Positions 19,892 to 28,992 of a stretch of 46,979 nucleotides of DNA are shown here, piece after piece (the stretch's first letter is position 1; each line of letters starts with the position of its first letter). Made by a program: the position numbers and the translations under genes. Source of the stretch: Armatimonadota bacterium. Its GTDB lineage: Bacteria; Vulcanimicrobiota; JACPDS01; JBDRKI01. The notes beneath the pieces were generated by a model. It saw only the letters and a list, made by a program, of their open reading frames with translations, was not told where the DNA came from and did not search any database. The stretch spans positions 1 through 46,979 of the forward strand of contig JBDRKI010000049.1 of assembly GCA_043814095.1 (NCBI GenBank), in the 5' to 3' direction.

Positions 19892-21357
19892 AAGGATTCA
19901 TCTTTCTTAACTTTATCGGGCTTCTTAACTTTATATATTTTTATATTATCAGGCCTTATTATACCGTCATAGCCCTGCCCGTAATATTTATCGTAAATTA
20001 CTTTTTTAAGCTCACAGCTGTTGTTAAGAAGAGCTTGTGTTTCTTTAGTTTTATATGAAGGAGCCCAGCTCTCATCATATATTATATAATCTCCCTTTAT
20101 GAGCTTAAGGGCTTTATCATAATCGGTATTATATATTTTAGCGTTATGGTATATAAGGTCATAGGATCTGTATTTATAATAATCATCAATACCGAACCAG
20201 TATGTAGGTATCCCTATAACTACAGAACCCTGCGGTATCTCTTTCTTAAATTTATTTATTACCCCGTAATAATCTGAATGAAGGTATTTAAATAATTTAT
20301 AAGGTAGGAATATGCCGCTCCCTATAAGGAGGATTATTAAAGATACTGTTGCCAGTACTTTTCTTTTTTTGTAAATCTCAAAGAAAGCAATTGCTGCTGC
20401 TATTGCAAGGAACGGGAATATTAAATTTAAGTAAAGGAAAGGCTTCCTTGCCGAATCTATTAATGCAAGAAGAACGTAAAAGAGTATTATGTAATTTATA
20501 AGCAGAGACTGCTTTTTATAATTGGTTATTATGAGGTATATAAGAGCGGATACCCCTATAATAAGGGGTATTATTAAAGAAGGATGCATCCAGCGTATGT
20601 ATTCATTAATAAGGTTTTTAAAAAGGTACGGTATGAATAATATCCTGTCCCCGCACTGTATCAACATCTGCTCTTTAAATAACTGAAAGTTTACCAAGAT
20701 AAACAGGATGTAAGGAAGTACAAAAAGGAGCGCCCCTGCCGTGTAAACAAGCACCGCTTTCTTGTTATGGAAAAGTATTATTAAGAACATTGTAACCCCG
20801 GCAATTAAGCCGTTGTAGTGCGAAAGAAATGAGAGCGCTATAAAAGCACCGCAGATAAAGTAATTATATAATTTCTGTTCCTTTATTCCCCTTGCCATGA
20901 AATAGAAAGCAGATACTATGAATAATGCTATTAATGCTTCCTGGCGGGACTGCCTTGCGCACTGGAAGAAAATTGGGTTTGCTATTAAAAAACACATCGC
21001 TATTATACCGGCATTTTTATTATCCTTATACAGCAGTTTTGTTATATGGTAAACGACTATTAAAATAAAAAAACTACTTATAAGCGAGAGTAGCCTTGCC
21101 TGGATAACACCCAACCCGAAAAGCTTAAATACCAGAGAAAGCAGAAGATGGTATCCCAGATAAGGTATCACTAAAATATCATAACTGAAATACCCCGTAA
21201 AAGTAGAACTTGTAAACTGGCCGTGCCGGGCCATATTCCATGAAAGCTCGGCAAGCCACGGCTCATCTACCCATACAAGCGGGTATTTAGAAAGCGCAAA
21301 AGAATAAAATAGTACAAAGAATAAAAGTACCGCTAGAAATTTCCAGTTTATTTTCAT
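19888..21357 (-). CDS. GT-C fold membrane glycosyltransferase (ArnT/PMT-like)
   Basis: WVDEPW acidic motif after TM1, GVIQARLLS, multiple TM helices, soluble C-terminus. Confidence 0.82.
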   Translation of the reverse strand: MKINWKFLAVLLFFVLFYSFALSKYPLVWVDEPWLAELSWNMARHGQFTSSTFTGYFSYDILVIPYLGYHLLLSLVFKLFGLGVIQARLLSLISSFFILIVVYHITKLLYKDNKNAGIIAMCFLIANPIFFQCARQSRQEALIALFIVSAFYFMARGIKEQKLYNYFICGAFIALSFLSHYNGLIAGVTMFLIILFHNKKAVLVYTAGALLFVLPYILFILVNFQLFKEQMLIQCGDRILFIPYLFKNLINEYIRWMHPSLIIPLIIGVSALIYLIITNYKKQSLLINYIILFYVLLALIDSARKPFLYLNLIFPFLAIAAAIAFFEIYKKRKVLATVSLIILLIGSGIFLPYKLFKYLHSDYYGVINKFKKEIPQGSVVIGIPTYWFGIDDYYKYRSYDLIYHNAKIYNTDYDKALKLIKGDYIIYDESWAPSYKTKETQALLNNSCELKKVIYDKYYGQGYDGIIRPDNIKIYKVKKPDKVKKDESL

Positions 21358-21358
21358 C

Positions 21359-22570
21359 TTATTTCCTGTAATAAGAAACTACTTTTTTAACCGCCTCTAT
21401 GACTGTATCCTGATCTTTCTCGGATAAAGACGGGTATAAAGGAAGCGATATAACCCTGTCGCCTATATAATCCGCATTGGGATATTCCTCTTTTTTGAAA
21501 TCTTTAAAGTAAGGGTGTGAGAAAATAGATCTGAAATGAATCCCTATCCCTATATTCTCTTTTGTAAGAGCATTTATTACCATATCTCTGCTTGCTTTCA
21601 AGTTCTCTGTTTTAACCTGTATTATATAAAGGTGGTATGCAAGCTTCATGTCTTTTATCTCCGCAGGAGGAGGTATTATTATATCAGGGAAGCCCGCGAA
21701 AGCTTCATTATACCTTTCGTAAACCTTTTTTCTCATCTCCCAGAGCTTATCTATCTTCTTAAGCTGGGTAAGCCCGAGAGCGGCTTGAATATCAAACATA
21801 TTGCATTTATACCCGGGGTAGACTATATCCCAGTGCTTGAAACCTTCTTCATCGGAATATCTCTTCCACGCGTCCTGGGTCATCCCGTGAAGGGATAAAA
21901 TATCAGCCATTTTGGCATATTCCGGGTTATTTGTAGTGAACATACCGCCTTCGCCTGTTGTTATGTTTTTAGTGGCGTAAAATGAGAAACAGGTCATATC
22001 CCCTATTGATCCCACTTTTCTGCCTTTGTATTCGGTCTCAACAGCGTGCGCGGCATCTTCTATCACTGTTAAATTATATTTTTTAGCTAATTCCATAATC
22101 TTATCCATATCACACGGATATCCTGAAAAATGAACAGGTATTATGGCTTTTGTCTTTTCTGTTATCTTTTCTTCAATTTTATCAGCGTTAATATTTAATG
22201 TATCCGGTTCAACATCAACAAAAACAGGTTCTGCATGACAGTGCACTATCTCGTTTATAACTGAGGGGAAAGTTATGGGGGTGGTTATAACCTCGTCGCC
22301 TTCTTTTATGCCCGCTATCATAAGGGCAAGATGGATCGCCGATGTGCAGGAGAATACACCTACCGCGTGTTTTGCCTTTACGTATCCGGCAAAGTTAGCT
22401 TCAAATTTCTTGGTCCTCGGCCCTTTTGTTATCCAGCCGGATTCTAAAGTGGCTATCATCTCGGCTTTTTCTTCTTCACCTATTGAAGCTCTGTTAAAAG
22501 GAATAATTTTTTCTGCTGACGACTTCCCGCCGTCTATAGCTAATTTTTTATTTATCTGTTTAACCTGCAT
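21359..22570 (-). CDS. DegT/DnrJ/EryC1/StrS family PLP aminotransferase
   Basis: IEDAAHA, CFSFYATKNITTGEGGM. Start moved from 22765 to ATG 22570 (GAGGCGG RBS). Confidence 0.93.
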   Translation of the reverse strand: MQVKQINKKLAIDGGKSSAEKIIPFNRASIGEEEKAEMIATLESGWITKGPRTKKFEANFAGYVKAKHAVGVFSCTSAIHLALMIAGIKEGDEVITTPITFPSVINEIVHCHAEPVFVDVEPDTLNINADKIEEKITEKTKAIIPVHFSGYPCDMDKIMELAKKYNLTVIEDAAHAVETEYKGRKVGSIGDMTCFSFYATKNITTGEGGMFTTNNPEYAKMADILSLHGMTQDAWKRYSDEEGFKHWDIVYPGYKCNMFDIQAALGLTQLKKIDKLWEMRKKVYERYNEAFAGFPDIIIPPPAEIKDMKLAYHLYIIQVKTENLKASRDMVINALTKENIGIGIHFRSIFSHPYFKDFKKEEYPNADYIGDRVISLPLYPSLSEKDQDTVIEAVKKVVSYYRK

Positions 22571-23564
22571 CAACCGCCTCTTTTCTGTGGGCTTCGGCTG
22601 TATCCAAAACCCTCTCCCAGTTATAATTCCATGACCTGTACTGCCAGTCGGGACACTCACTGCAAAGGGATATCTCTCCGCCCCTGCCTTCTGCGTGCAT
22701 CTTCCGGAAATATTCGAAATCCGGACCCTTCCAAACTTCTTGTATAGTTTGTTTGTTAACATCACCCAGATTTGTCCTGCCGGCTATATCAAACCCGCAG
22801 ACTTCAACCTTCCCGCGTGTGTCTACATTAAGCCTGTGGAAAGGATAAGGACACGGCTCCCCTTTTTCTTTTATAAGGTAAGGTGTATCGTCCGCAGAAT
22901 CCTTTGTGTCTAATTTTGTAGTGGATCCCCATGTTAAATATTTTCTTTTTATCGCTTCATCAACGCCTAATTCTAGCCAGAAATCCGCTATACTATCAAT
23001 TTCCTTATCTTCAATTAATTTCTGGTTAACAATACTCACTACTATTCTTGTGGAAGATTTTAATTTATTTCTTGCAGAAAGAGTATATTTAACATTCGAA
23101 ACTAATTTATTAAAATCCAGACCCGGCCTTACTTTGTTATATGTTTCCTCATCTGCCGCATCCACGCTGAATTCAATAAAATCAATACCGCACTTTAATA
23201 ATCTGTCCGCTACATCTTGAGTAAACACTGAACCGTTCGTATTCAGCCAGACACGGGCACCTTTATCCCTGGCATATTCTATAAGAGATACCATATCTTT
23301 ATGAAGTAAGGGTTCCCCGCCGCCCGTAATCCTTATAAAAGAGTTGAATTTTCCGCATTCATCTGCTATTTTCCTGAACAGATCCGGAGAAATACATAAT
23401 GCGTCGCGGTATTTATACCTTAAGTCGGAATTCTGCTCGGTATAGGGACAGTGCGGGCATTTCGCGTTGCAGACATATGTTGTTGAGACAACAACCATTT
23501 TAGGAAACTCTTCCGCGCCTTTATCAATCCCGTATTTTTCTCTTGTATGAACTATTTTTTCCAT
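22560..23564 (-). CDS. Radical SAM protein with twitch/SPASM-like domain
   Basis: CNAKCPHC, GGGEPLLH, TNGS, CPYPF..VEVC..CSECPDW. Confidence 0.9.
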   Translation of the reverse strand: MEKIVHTREKYGIDKGAEEFPKMVVVSTTYVCNAKCPHCPYTEQNSDLRYKYRDALCISPDLFRKIADECGKFNSFIRITGGGEPLLHKDMVSLIEYARDKGARVWLNTNGSVFTQDVADRLLKCGIDFIEFSVDAADEETYNKVRPGLDFNKLVSNVKYTLSARNKLKSSTRIVVSIVNQKLIEDKEIDSIADFWLELGVDEAIKRKYLTWGSTTKLDTKDSADDTPYLIKEKGEPCPYPFHRLNVDTRGKVEVCGFDIAGRTNLGDVNKQTIQEVWKGPDFEYFRKMHAEGRGGEISLCSECPDWQYRSWNYNWERVLDTAEAHRKEAVDAG

Positions 23565-23565
23565 T

Positions 23566-24006
23566 TTATAATACCTTTCTGAAATTAATTCCCTGTTTAA
23601 CAGTGTTATTATACTCTCTTTCGGTCATATTTTCCATAATATACCCGTTTTTTTCAAATGCCTTCTTGGCTGGAATATTACCGGCAAGAACCCAGGCCCA
23701 TACGCTTTTTAAATTTCTCATCCTTGCGGCATCCTCTATTGCATTTAAAAGCAGGCTTCCTATCCCTTTACCCTGCTCTTTTGCAAAAAAGGCAACTTCC
23801 CCGCCTCTGTCTATGTATAAAATCGCAGATCCCAGCAAGAGATCTTCTTCTGCCAGAACCCTCACTTCTATATCAGACTTTTTAAGCCATCTCTCAGTCT
23901 CAGTTATATTAACAGCTGAGGTTAAGAGCAGCTCAACATAATTATTTCTCAGATCAACATACTGCCGGATAAAGCTTTTATCTTTTTTTAAATCTATTAT
24001 CTTCAT
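23566..24006 (-). CDS. GNAT family N-acyltransferase
   Basis: QGKGIGSLLL acetyl-CoA motif A; NIPAKKAFEKNGY motif B. Confidence 0.88.
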   Translation of the reverse strand: MKIIDLKKDKSFIRQYVDLRNNYVELLLTSAVNITETERWLKKSDIEVRVLAEEDLLLGSAILYIDRGGEVAFFAKEQGKGIGSLLLNAIEDAARMRNLKSVWAWVLAGNIPAKKAFEKNGYIMENMTEREYNNTVKQGINFRKVL

Positions 24007-24021
24007 TTTTTTAAATCTTCT

Positions 24022-25848
24022 TTATGAAAAATATTTTTCATACCATAAAACAAACATTATTAAAGTCCAGATACGGTAGGTATGATCCGTTCCTTCGTTA
24101 TAAAATTCATTTAAAATTTTATTTATATAATCTTTATTTAAAAATTCAATTCTTTCCGCCCTTGTTGAAAGCACCGACAAAGTAAAATCCTTCATCTGGA
24201 GTTTCATCCACTTATGAAGAGGAAGTATAAAACCTTTTTTGGGACGGTATATAACATCTTCCGGGAGATAATTTTCAGCTACCTTCTTAAATATATATTT
24301 TGTAATATCGCCTTTTATCTTTAAGCTTCCCGGCACCTTTGCGGCTTTCTCGGCAAAGATATGATCAAGAAAAGGCGCTCTGGTCTCCACCGAATGCGCC
24401 ATGGAGAGCCGGTCAACATAAGTCAAAACCTGATCTGAAAGAAGCGTATTCACGTCAAGCTCCAGGACTTTGTTTAAGGGATCCTGTGCTGTGGACTCTA
24501 AAAAGTATTTTTTAATCATCAGATTTGAATTATAGGGTTTTGTATCTGAAGAAAGGAGCTTGCTTTTATCTTTATCGCTGAAAGGATAAAGTTTTGAACG
24601 CCAGTCCCAGATATTCTCTTCGGCAAGACTCATAACATATTCTTTATTATCTTTACAGCACTGCCAGTCAACTGAATCTAAGTTCCCGCTTTTCTTGGCG
24701 GCAACATAATTATGAATAGGATATGCCAGCCTGTGTGCGAGATAGCTCCCGAAAAGCTCATCCGCCCCGTCGCCGGAGAGGGCCACTTTAACGTGCTTTG
24801 AAATAAGTTTTGTAAGGAAGTAGTTGGATACCACACCCCCGAACGGCTCGTCAAAATGACCGACAATATCTTCCAAAGAATCTATTATTTCTTTTATGGA
24901 AAGCTTATACTCATAATGTTCGGTATTATACATCTTAGATACTTTATTGGCGAAAAGTATATCGGGATTTTCTTCCTCTTCATAAGAAAGGGAGAAAGTC
25001 TTTAAGTTTTTACCGCAGTATCTGCTCATAATACCGACAACCAGGCTTGAATCCACACCTCCCGAAAGATACGCACCCACGGGAACATCACTTGAGTATG
25101 TTCTCAGCTTAATAGATTCTTCCAGGGTATTTAAAAGATCATCCGCTATTTCTTCTTCACCCGCGGAAACAGGATTGGAAAAATCAAGTCTCCAGTATCT
25201 CTGTTCGGTTACTTTATTATCTTCATAAATAAGAAAGTGCGCAGGAGGCAGTGATTTTATATCTTTAAATATTGATAAACCTGAAGGTATGTTTTTAAAA
25301 GTAAAATAGGCGGATAATGCATTCGGGTCAATTTCTTTTTTATACTGCGGGTGGGATAAAATAATTTTTATCTCCGAACCGAATATAATTTTGCCGTTTG
25401 TGTTTAAATAATACAGAGGTTTTTTGCCAAACCTGTCCCTTGCGAGGAAAAGCCTGTTTTTCTTCTCGTCCCATATCGCTATCGCGAACATTCCTCTTAA
25501 ATAATTTAAAAAATCAAATCCGTATTCTTCATACAGATGTAATATTACTTCTGTATCAGAATTTGTAGAAAACTTATGGCCTGTTTTTCTAAGATTTTCC
25601 CGGAGCTCCTTGTAATTATATATCTCGCCGTTGCATACTATGCATAAACTTTTATCCTCGTTAAATATGGGCTGGCCGCCGCCTTCTAAATCAATAATGG
25701 ATAATCTTCTCATCCCCATAAGCGCGTTCTCTGATACAAATGTGCCTTCATTATCAGGCCCTCTGTAAATTAAATAATCTCCCATCTTCTTAAAAGATGA
25801 GATATCATAATCTTTTATATTTCCGGCTATACCGTATATACCGCACAT
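24022..25848 (-). CDS. asnB: Asparagine synthase (glutamine-hydrolysing) family amidotransferase
   Basis: MCGIYG, RGPD, RRLSIID, NGEIYN, SGGVDSS, LSGDGADELF, DRLSMAHSVETRAPFLD. In this context probably a glycan amidotransferase (inference). Confidence 0.93.
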   Translation of the reverse strand: MCGIYGIAGNIKDYDISSFKKMGDYLIYRGPDNEGTFVSENALMGMRRLSIIDLEGGGQPIFNEDKSLCIVCNGEIYNYKELRENLRKTGHKFSTNSDTEVILHLYEEYGFDFLNYLRGMFAIAIWDEKKNRLFLARDRFGKKPLYYLNTNGKIIFGSEIKIILSHPQYKKEIDPNALSAYFTFKNIPSGLSIFKDIKSLPPAHFLIYEDNKVTEQRYWRLDFSNPVSAGEEEIADDLLNTLEESIKLRTYSSDVPVGAYLSGGVDSSLVVGIMSRYCGKNLKTFSLSYEEEENPDILFANKVSKMYNTEHYEYKLSIKEIIDSLEDIVGHFDEPFGGVVSNYFLTKLISKHVKVALSGDGADELFGSYLAHRLAYPIHNYVAAKKSGNLDSVDWQCCKDNKEYVMSLAEENIWDWRSKLYPFSDKDKSKLLSSDTKPYNSNLMIKKYFLESTAQDPLNKVLELDVNTLLSDQVLTYVDRLSMAHSVETRAPFLDHIFAEKAAKVPGSLKIKGDITKYIFKKVAENYLPEDVIYRPKKGFILPLHKWMKLQMKDFTLSVLSTRAERIEFLNKDYINKILNEFYNEGTDHTYRIWTLIMFVLWYEKYFS

Positions 25849-25858
25849 AACTCTGCCT

Positions 25859-26779
25859 TTACTTCTTAACTATAAGTTCTTTATCCTTATGAAACTCGGC
25901 CTTTACCGCCTGCCAGTCGCCGCAATCCCTGCAGGGATCGGGGAGCTTATCAAACTGCCCGTTTTTATGCATATCCCTTATTTCCTTTAAGGAGCCGTTC
26001 CAGACATCTTTTAAGGATTCTTTCTTAATATCACCTGCAACAAACCTGGCATCCACATCCACAGCGCATAAAACAACTCTTCCGTCATCAGCAACTGACA
26101 TTGTCTGCATAACCCAGTGACACGGATAGCGGTCTTCTACGGTAAGCTTAAGGTTCGGTGCATCTACAAGCCCCGCCCAGCTGACTTTAGGTCTTATCTT
26201 TGCGGTCGCGCCATAAGATGTCCAGAAATTAATAAAACCTTCAATCTCATCCTTATTATCATCCATCTCCACAAACTGAACAAAGACTTCGGGCTTTTTA
26301 GAGTTAAGTTCTTTCTTTAGTTCAAGAAGACGGGTAACATTCTTAACCACTTTATCATAGTTGCCCCCTACCCTTAACTTGTTATAAGTGGATTCTTTAA
26401 AAGCGTCTATCCCGATATAGATTGCGTCAAGCCCTGATTCTATTAAACCTCTTGCGGCTTCTTCATCTAAAAGGTTCGCGTTTGAATTTAATACAACATC
26501 TGTAAGCCCTTTGTTCTTTGCATATTTTATTCTCGGGAAAAGATCTTTCTTCTTTAAGATAAGAGCTTCCCCGAAAAATACCATCCATACTCTTGCATCT
26601 TTATTGTTCTCGGCTATCTCATCTATTATTTTCTCAAAAAGGGCTCTCTCCATATTACCCCTTTTGCGCTTCATATCTTTATGGCCACACATTGAGCATT
26701 TAAGATCGCAGAAGCTTGTAGTGTCAATAAGCACAACCTTAGGAAAATTCCCGGCATCTTTTATTCTTTCATTATCCAT
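25859..26779 (-). CDS. Radical SAM protein with twitch/SPASM-like domain
   Basis: CDLKCSMC, FFGEAL, CHW..VVLC..CRDCGDW. Confidence 0.9.
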   Translation of the reverse strand: MDNERIKDAGNFPKVVLIDTTSFCDLKCSMCGHKDMKRKRGNMERALFEKIIDEIAENNKDARVWMVFFGEALILKKKDLFPRIKYAKNKGLTDVVLNSNANLLDEEAARGLIESGLDAIYIGIDAFKESTYNKLRVGGNYDKVVKNVTRLLELKKELNSKKPEVFVQFVEMDDNKDEIEGFINFWTSYGATAKIRPKVSWAGLVDAPNLKLTVEDRYPCHWVMQTMSVADDGRVVLCAVDVDARFVAGDIKKESLKDVWNGSLKEIRDMHKNGQFDKLPDPCRDCGDWQAVKAEFHKDKELIVKK

Positions 26780-26804
26780 AATTTACCCCGCTTATTATTT
26801 CCGT

Positions 26805-27503
26805 TTATGCGCAGATACCTGCGCTGTCCTTAAGTATGGAGAGGCTTTCCCTGCCGTGATTAAAGAGAAGATCCATCACGGAAAGGTAAGGTATGAACTC
26901 ACCGTGCATCTGATTATAAACAGGATGCAGGTAGTTATGATAAATAAGTTTTATGCTGTTTTCTGAAAATTTACCCTCATCCAGATAATTTTTTGCAGAA
27001 TCACCTGTTAAATATTCTTCTGCGTTAAGATGTTTGCAGATATCCAGAACTCTTTCTCCCTTTTCTCCTTCAACACCGAGCTCTGATGAAAAAAGAATCT
27101 TTGTTTCTATACCCAGACAATCCGCAAGCAGATAAATAATATCCATATTTAAATCTAAAAGTTTTTCATAATCTTTTAACAAAATAGATTCAAGCCTGTA
27201 AAAATAATCTTTGAAATAAGGAGATTTGTAATAACTCTGGTATATTGATGATATATGCTTCTTCTGCCACATGTGTTTATTATCTATCATAACTTCCCTG
27301 TTTGAAGGAGAGTTTTTCCCTTTTGTTAAAACAGGTACTGTAAGCCATAAAGAACCCTGTGGGGTCTTTATCCTGTTCCTGTTTCTCCAACCGTTTTTAT
27401 CATACTGGACATCATCATAAATAACAAAAGTATCGCTTTTTGCGAGCTGATCGAAAAAACCCAGCCATGGTATGTATCCGGGTTGTAATATTACTACTCT
27501 CAT
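26805..27503 (-). CDS. WbqC family protein
   Basis: LQPGYIPWLGFF, YDDVQY, WRNRNRI, WLTVPV, LSVMDLLFN. Confidence 0.92.
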   Translation of the reverse strand: MRVVILQPGYIPWLGFFDQLAKSDTFVIYDDVQYDKNGWRNRNRIKTPQGSLWLTVPVLTKGKNSPSNREVMIDNKHMWQKKHISSIYQSYYKSPYFKDYFYRLESILLKDYEKLLDLNMDIIYLLADCLGIETKILFSSELGVEGEKGERVLDICKHLNAEEYLTGDSAKNYLDEGKFSENSIKLIYHNYLHPVYNQMHGEFIPYLSVMDLLFNHGRESLSILKDSAGICA

Positions 27504-27504
27504 A

Positions 27505-28212
27505 TTACCACCTGTTTAAAATTTTCCACTTACACCAGAAGCCGAGAACATCTTTTAAGCTCCTTACCACACTGCTTAACTTCCCGCCCTTAGGCGTCCC
27601 TTGCTTCCTCGGGTGGAAAGTAATCTCAACTTCTTTTAAGCTTCTTCCTGATTTTAAAGCTTTTAGAAGCAATTCCGGGCTTAAAAAAGAGCTTCTTGCT
27701 TCTATTTCAATCTCATCAAAAAAGCTTCTCCTGTGAAACTGCAGTGTCTGGAAAGCTCTTAAGTTCACCCTAAACAATACCTTTATCAGGTAATAATTAA
27801 TAAGGGTGAGCATCTTCTGGTAAAGGTTATTGGCCTTTAAATCTGACCTGCACCCGCTTACGGCATCATATTCATCAAGATACGGCAGAATCCCGGGCAG
27901 GTCTTGGGTATCAAAAAAAGCGTCAACGGTATTATTAAAAACAATTTCCTTGCTTGCCGCCTTAAAACCGGGGATATAGTTAGCTCCGGTTCCCGCGTTT
28001 TTTTCCAAATTAACTATCTTTAACTGGGGGTATTTTCCGGCAAGTGACTTAGCAATCGGGAGAGTACGGTCAGTACTCCCGTCATTTACAAGCACAACTT
28101 CAAAATCATCGGAAACCCTGGAAAGATCTTTTATTGATTTTTCAATAAAAGATTCTATCAGCTCTTCCTCATTAAATGCAGTTGCCACCATTGAAAGAGA
28201 ATATTTCTTCAT
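27505..28212 (-). CDS. GT2 glycosyltransferase, polyprenol-phosphate glycosyltransferase (DPM1-like)
   Basis: AFNEEE, VNDGSTDRT, EVEITFHPRKQGTPK; 235 aa single domain. Confidence 0.82.
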   Translation of the reverse strand: MKKYSLSMVATAFNEEELIESFIEKSIKDLSRVSDDFEVVLVNDGSTDRTLPIAKSLAGKYPQLKIVNLEKNAGTGANYIPGFKAASKEIVFNNTVDAFFDTQDLPGILPYLDEYDAVSGCRSDLKANNLYQKMLTLINYYLIKVLFRVNLRAFQTLQFHRRSFFDEIEIEARSSFLSPELLLKALKSGRSLKEVEITFHPRKQGTPKGGKLSSVVRSLKDVLGFWCKWKILNRW

Positions 28213-28222
28213 AACTTAGTTT

Positions 28223-28251
28223 AATATAATATTTATATATATAACTGTCAA
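28223..28251 (-). promoter_or_regulatory. Promoter for the 28.2-18.7 kb unit
   Basis: Minus strand TTGACA (28251-28246) - 17 nt - TATATT (28228-28223). Confidence 0.55.
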
Positions 28252-28279
28252 GAAGTAGATAAATTATATTAGATAAATT

Positions 28280-28304
28280 AAAAAACAGCCCTGAAAGGAG
28301 CTGT
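28280..28304 (-). terminator. Rho-independent terminator of the pilin-like gene
   Basis: Minus strand ACAGCTC-CTTTCA-GGGCTGT followed by T run, ~30 nt after stop codon. Confidence 0.7.
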
Positions 28305-28335
28305 ATTGTTAATGATAATTTAATGCAATATTTAT

Positions 28336-28809
28336 TTATTCATCACATAATGTAAATGTTATGACTCTTGAACTATCTGCAGGTAGACCGGCTGCAACGT
28401 TTGAATAAAATCTTATAGCATAATTTTCTGTTTCTGCAACTGTCTCAATACTGGTTACCACATTCTGTGCAGTAGTAGATAACGCTAAGTAGCCCGGTGA
28501 ACTTCCACCAGTAGGTTCAATTAAAACTATGTGAAGAGATGTACTGGCTGGCATATTTGCATTAAGCGCTGCGGTTATTTTTTTTGCTGTTTCGTTAGTG
28601 GTAATAGAATATGAGAATGTGTCGATAACCGAAAAATCTGGCTCTGAGCCTGCTGTCGCGCTGTCAACCGTTAAAGTTGCATCAGCATCCATGCTGAGTT
28701 CATTAATCGCATCAATCTCATAATACACAGTCTGCGTATCCGTAGTACCCGCAAATGCAGATGTAGTAAAAAATGCTATTGCTGCAAGTATTATGAGTAG
28801 TTTTCTCAC
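28336..28809 (-). CDS. Secreted Thr/Ser/Ala-rich beta protein, fimbrial-subunit-like (hypothetical)
   Basis: Sec signal ending SAFA; alternating beta-strand pattern; C-terminal strand VITFTL; GTG start with AAGGAG RBS. Pilin assignment is inference. Confidence 0.6.
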   Translation of the reverse strand: MRKLLIILAAIAFFTTSAFAGTTDTQTVYYEIDAINELSMDADATLTVDSATAGSEPDFSVIDTFSYSITTNETAKKITAALNANMPASTSLHIVLIEPTGGSSPGYLALSTTAQNVVTSIETVAETENYAIRFYSNVAAGLPADSSRVITFTLCDE

Positions 28810-28920
28810 TTTGACAATCTCCTTTTTTAGCAGCTTTACCCTTATTTCTTAAAATAATAGAGCTGGTAAATCATCTCTCCCGCCCCTATTTATATTATAG
28901 AGTATTTATATATAACTAAA

Positions 28921-28962
28921 TATAGGTCAAGTGGGGTAATTTTGGCTAAAATTATAGGTCAA
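28921..28962. repeat. Direct repeat TATAGGTCAA x2, 32 bp apart
   Basis: Identical 10-mers at 28921-28930 and 28953-28962 with similar flanks. Confidence 0.7.
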
Positions 28963-28992
28963 AAGGAGTATTTTTTGAAATAACAGGGATAA

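Noticed and set aside
22571-22765. 65-aa N-terminal extension of the DegT ORF
   Set aside because: Overlaps the upstream radical SAM gene; ATG 22570 has a good RBS.
28831-28870. Riboswitch in the leader of the pilin-like gene
   Set aside because: Only short alternative pairings (CAGCT/AGCTG, TTTACC/GGTAAA); no conserved aptamer motif recognised.
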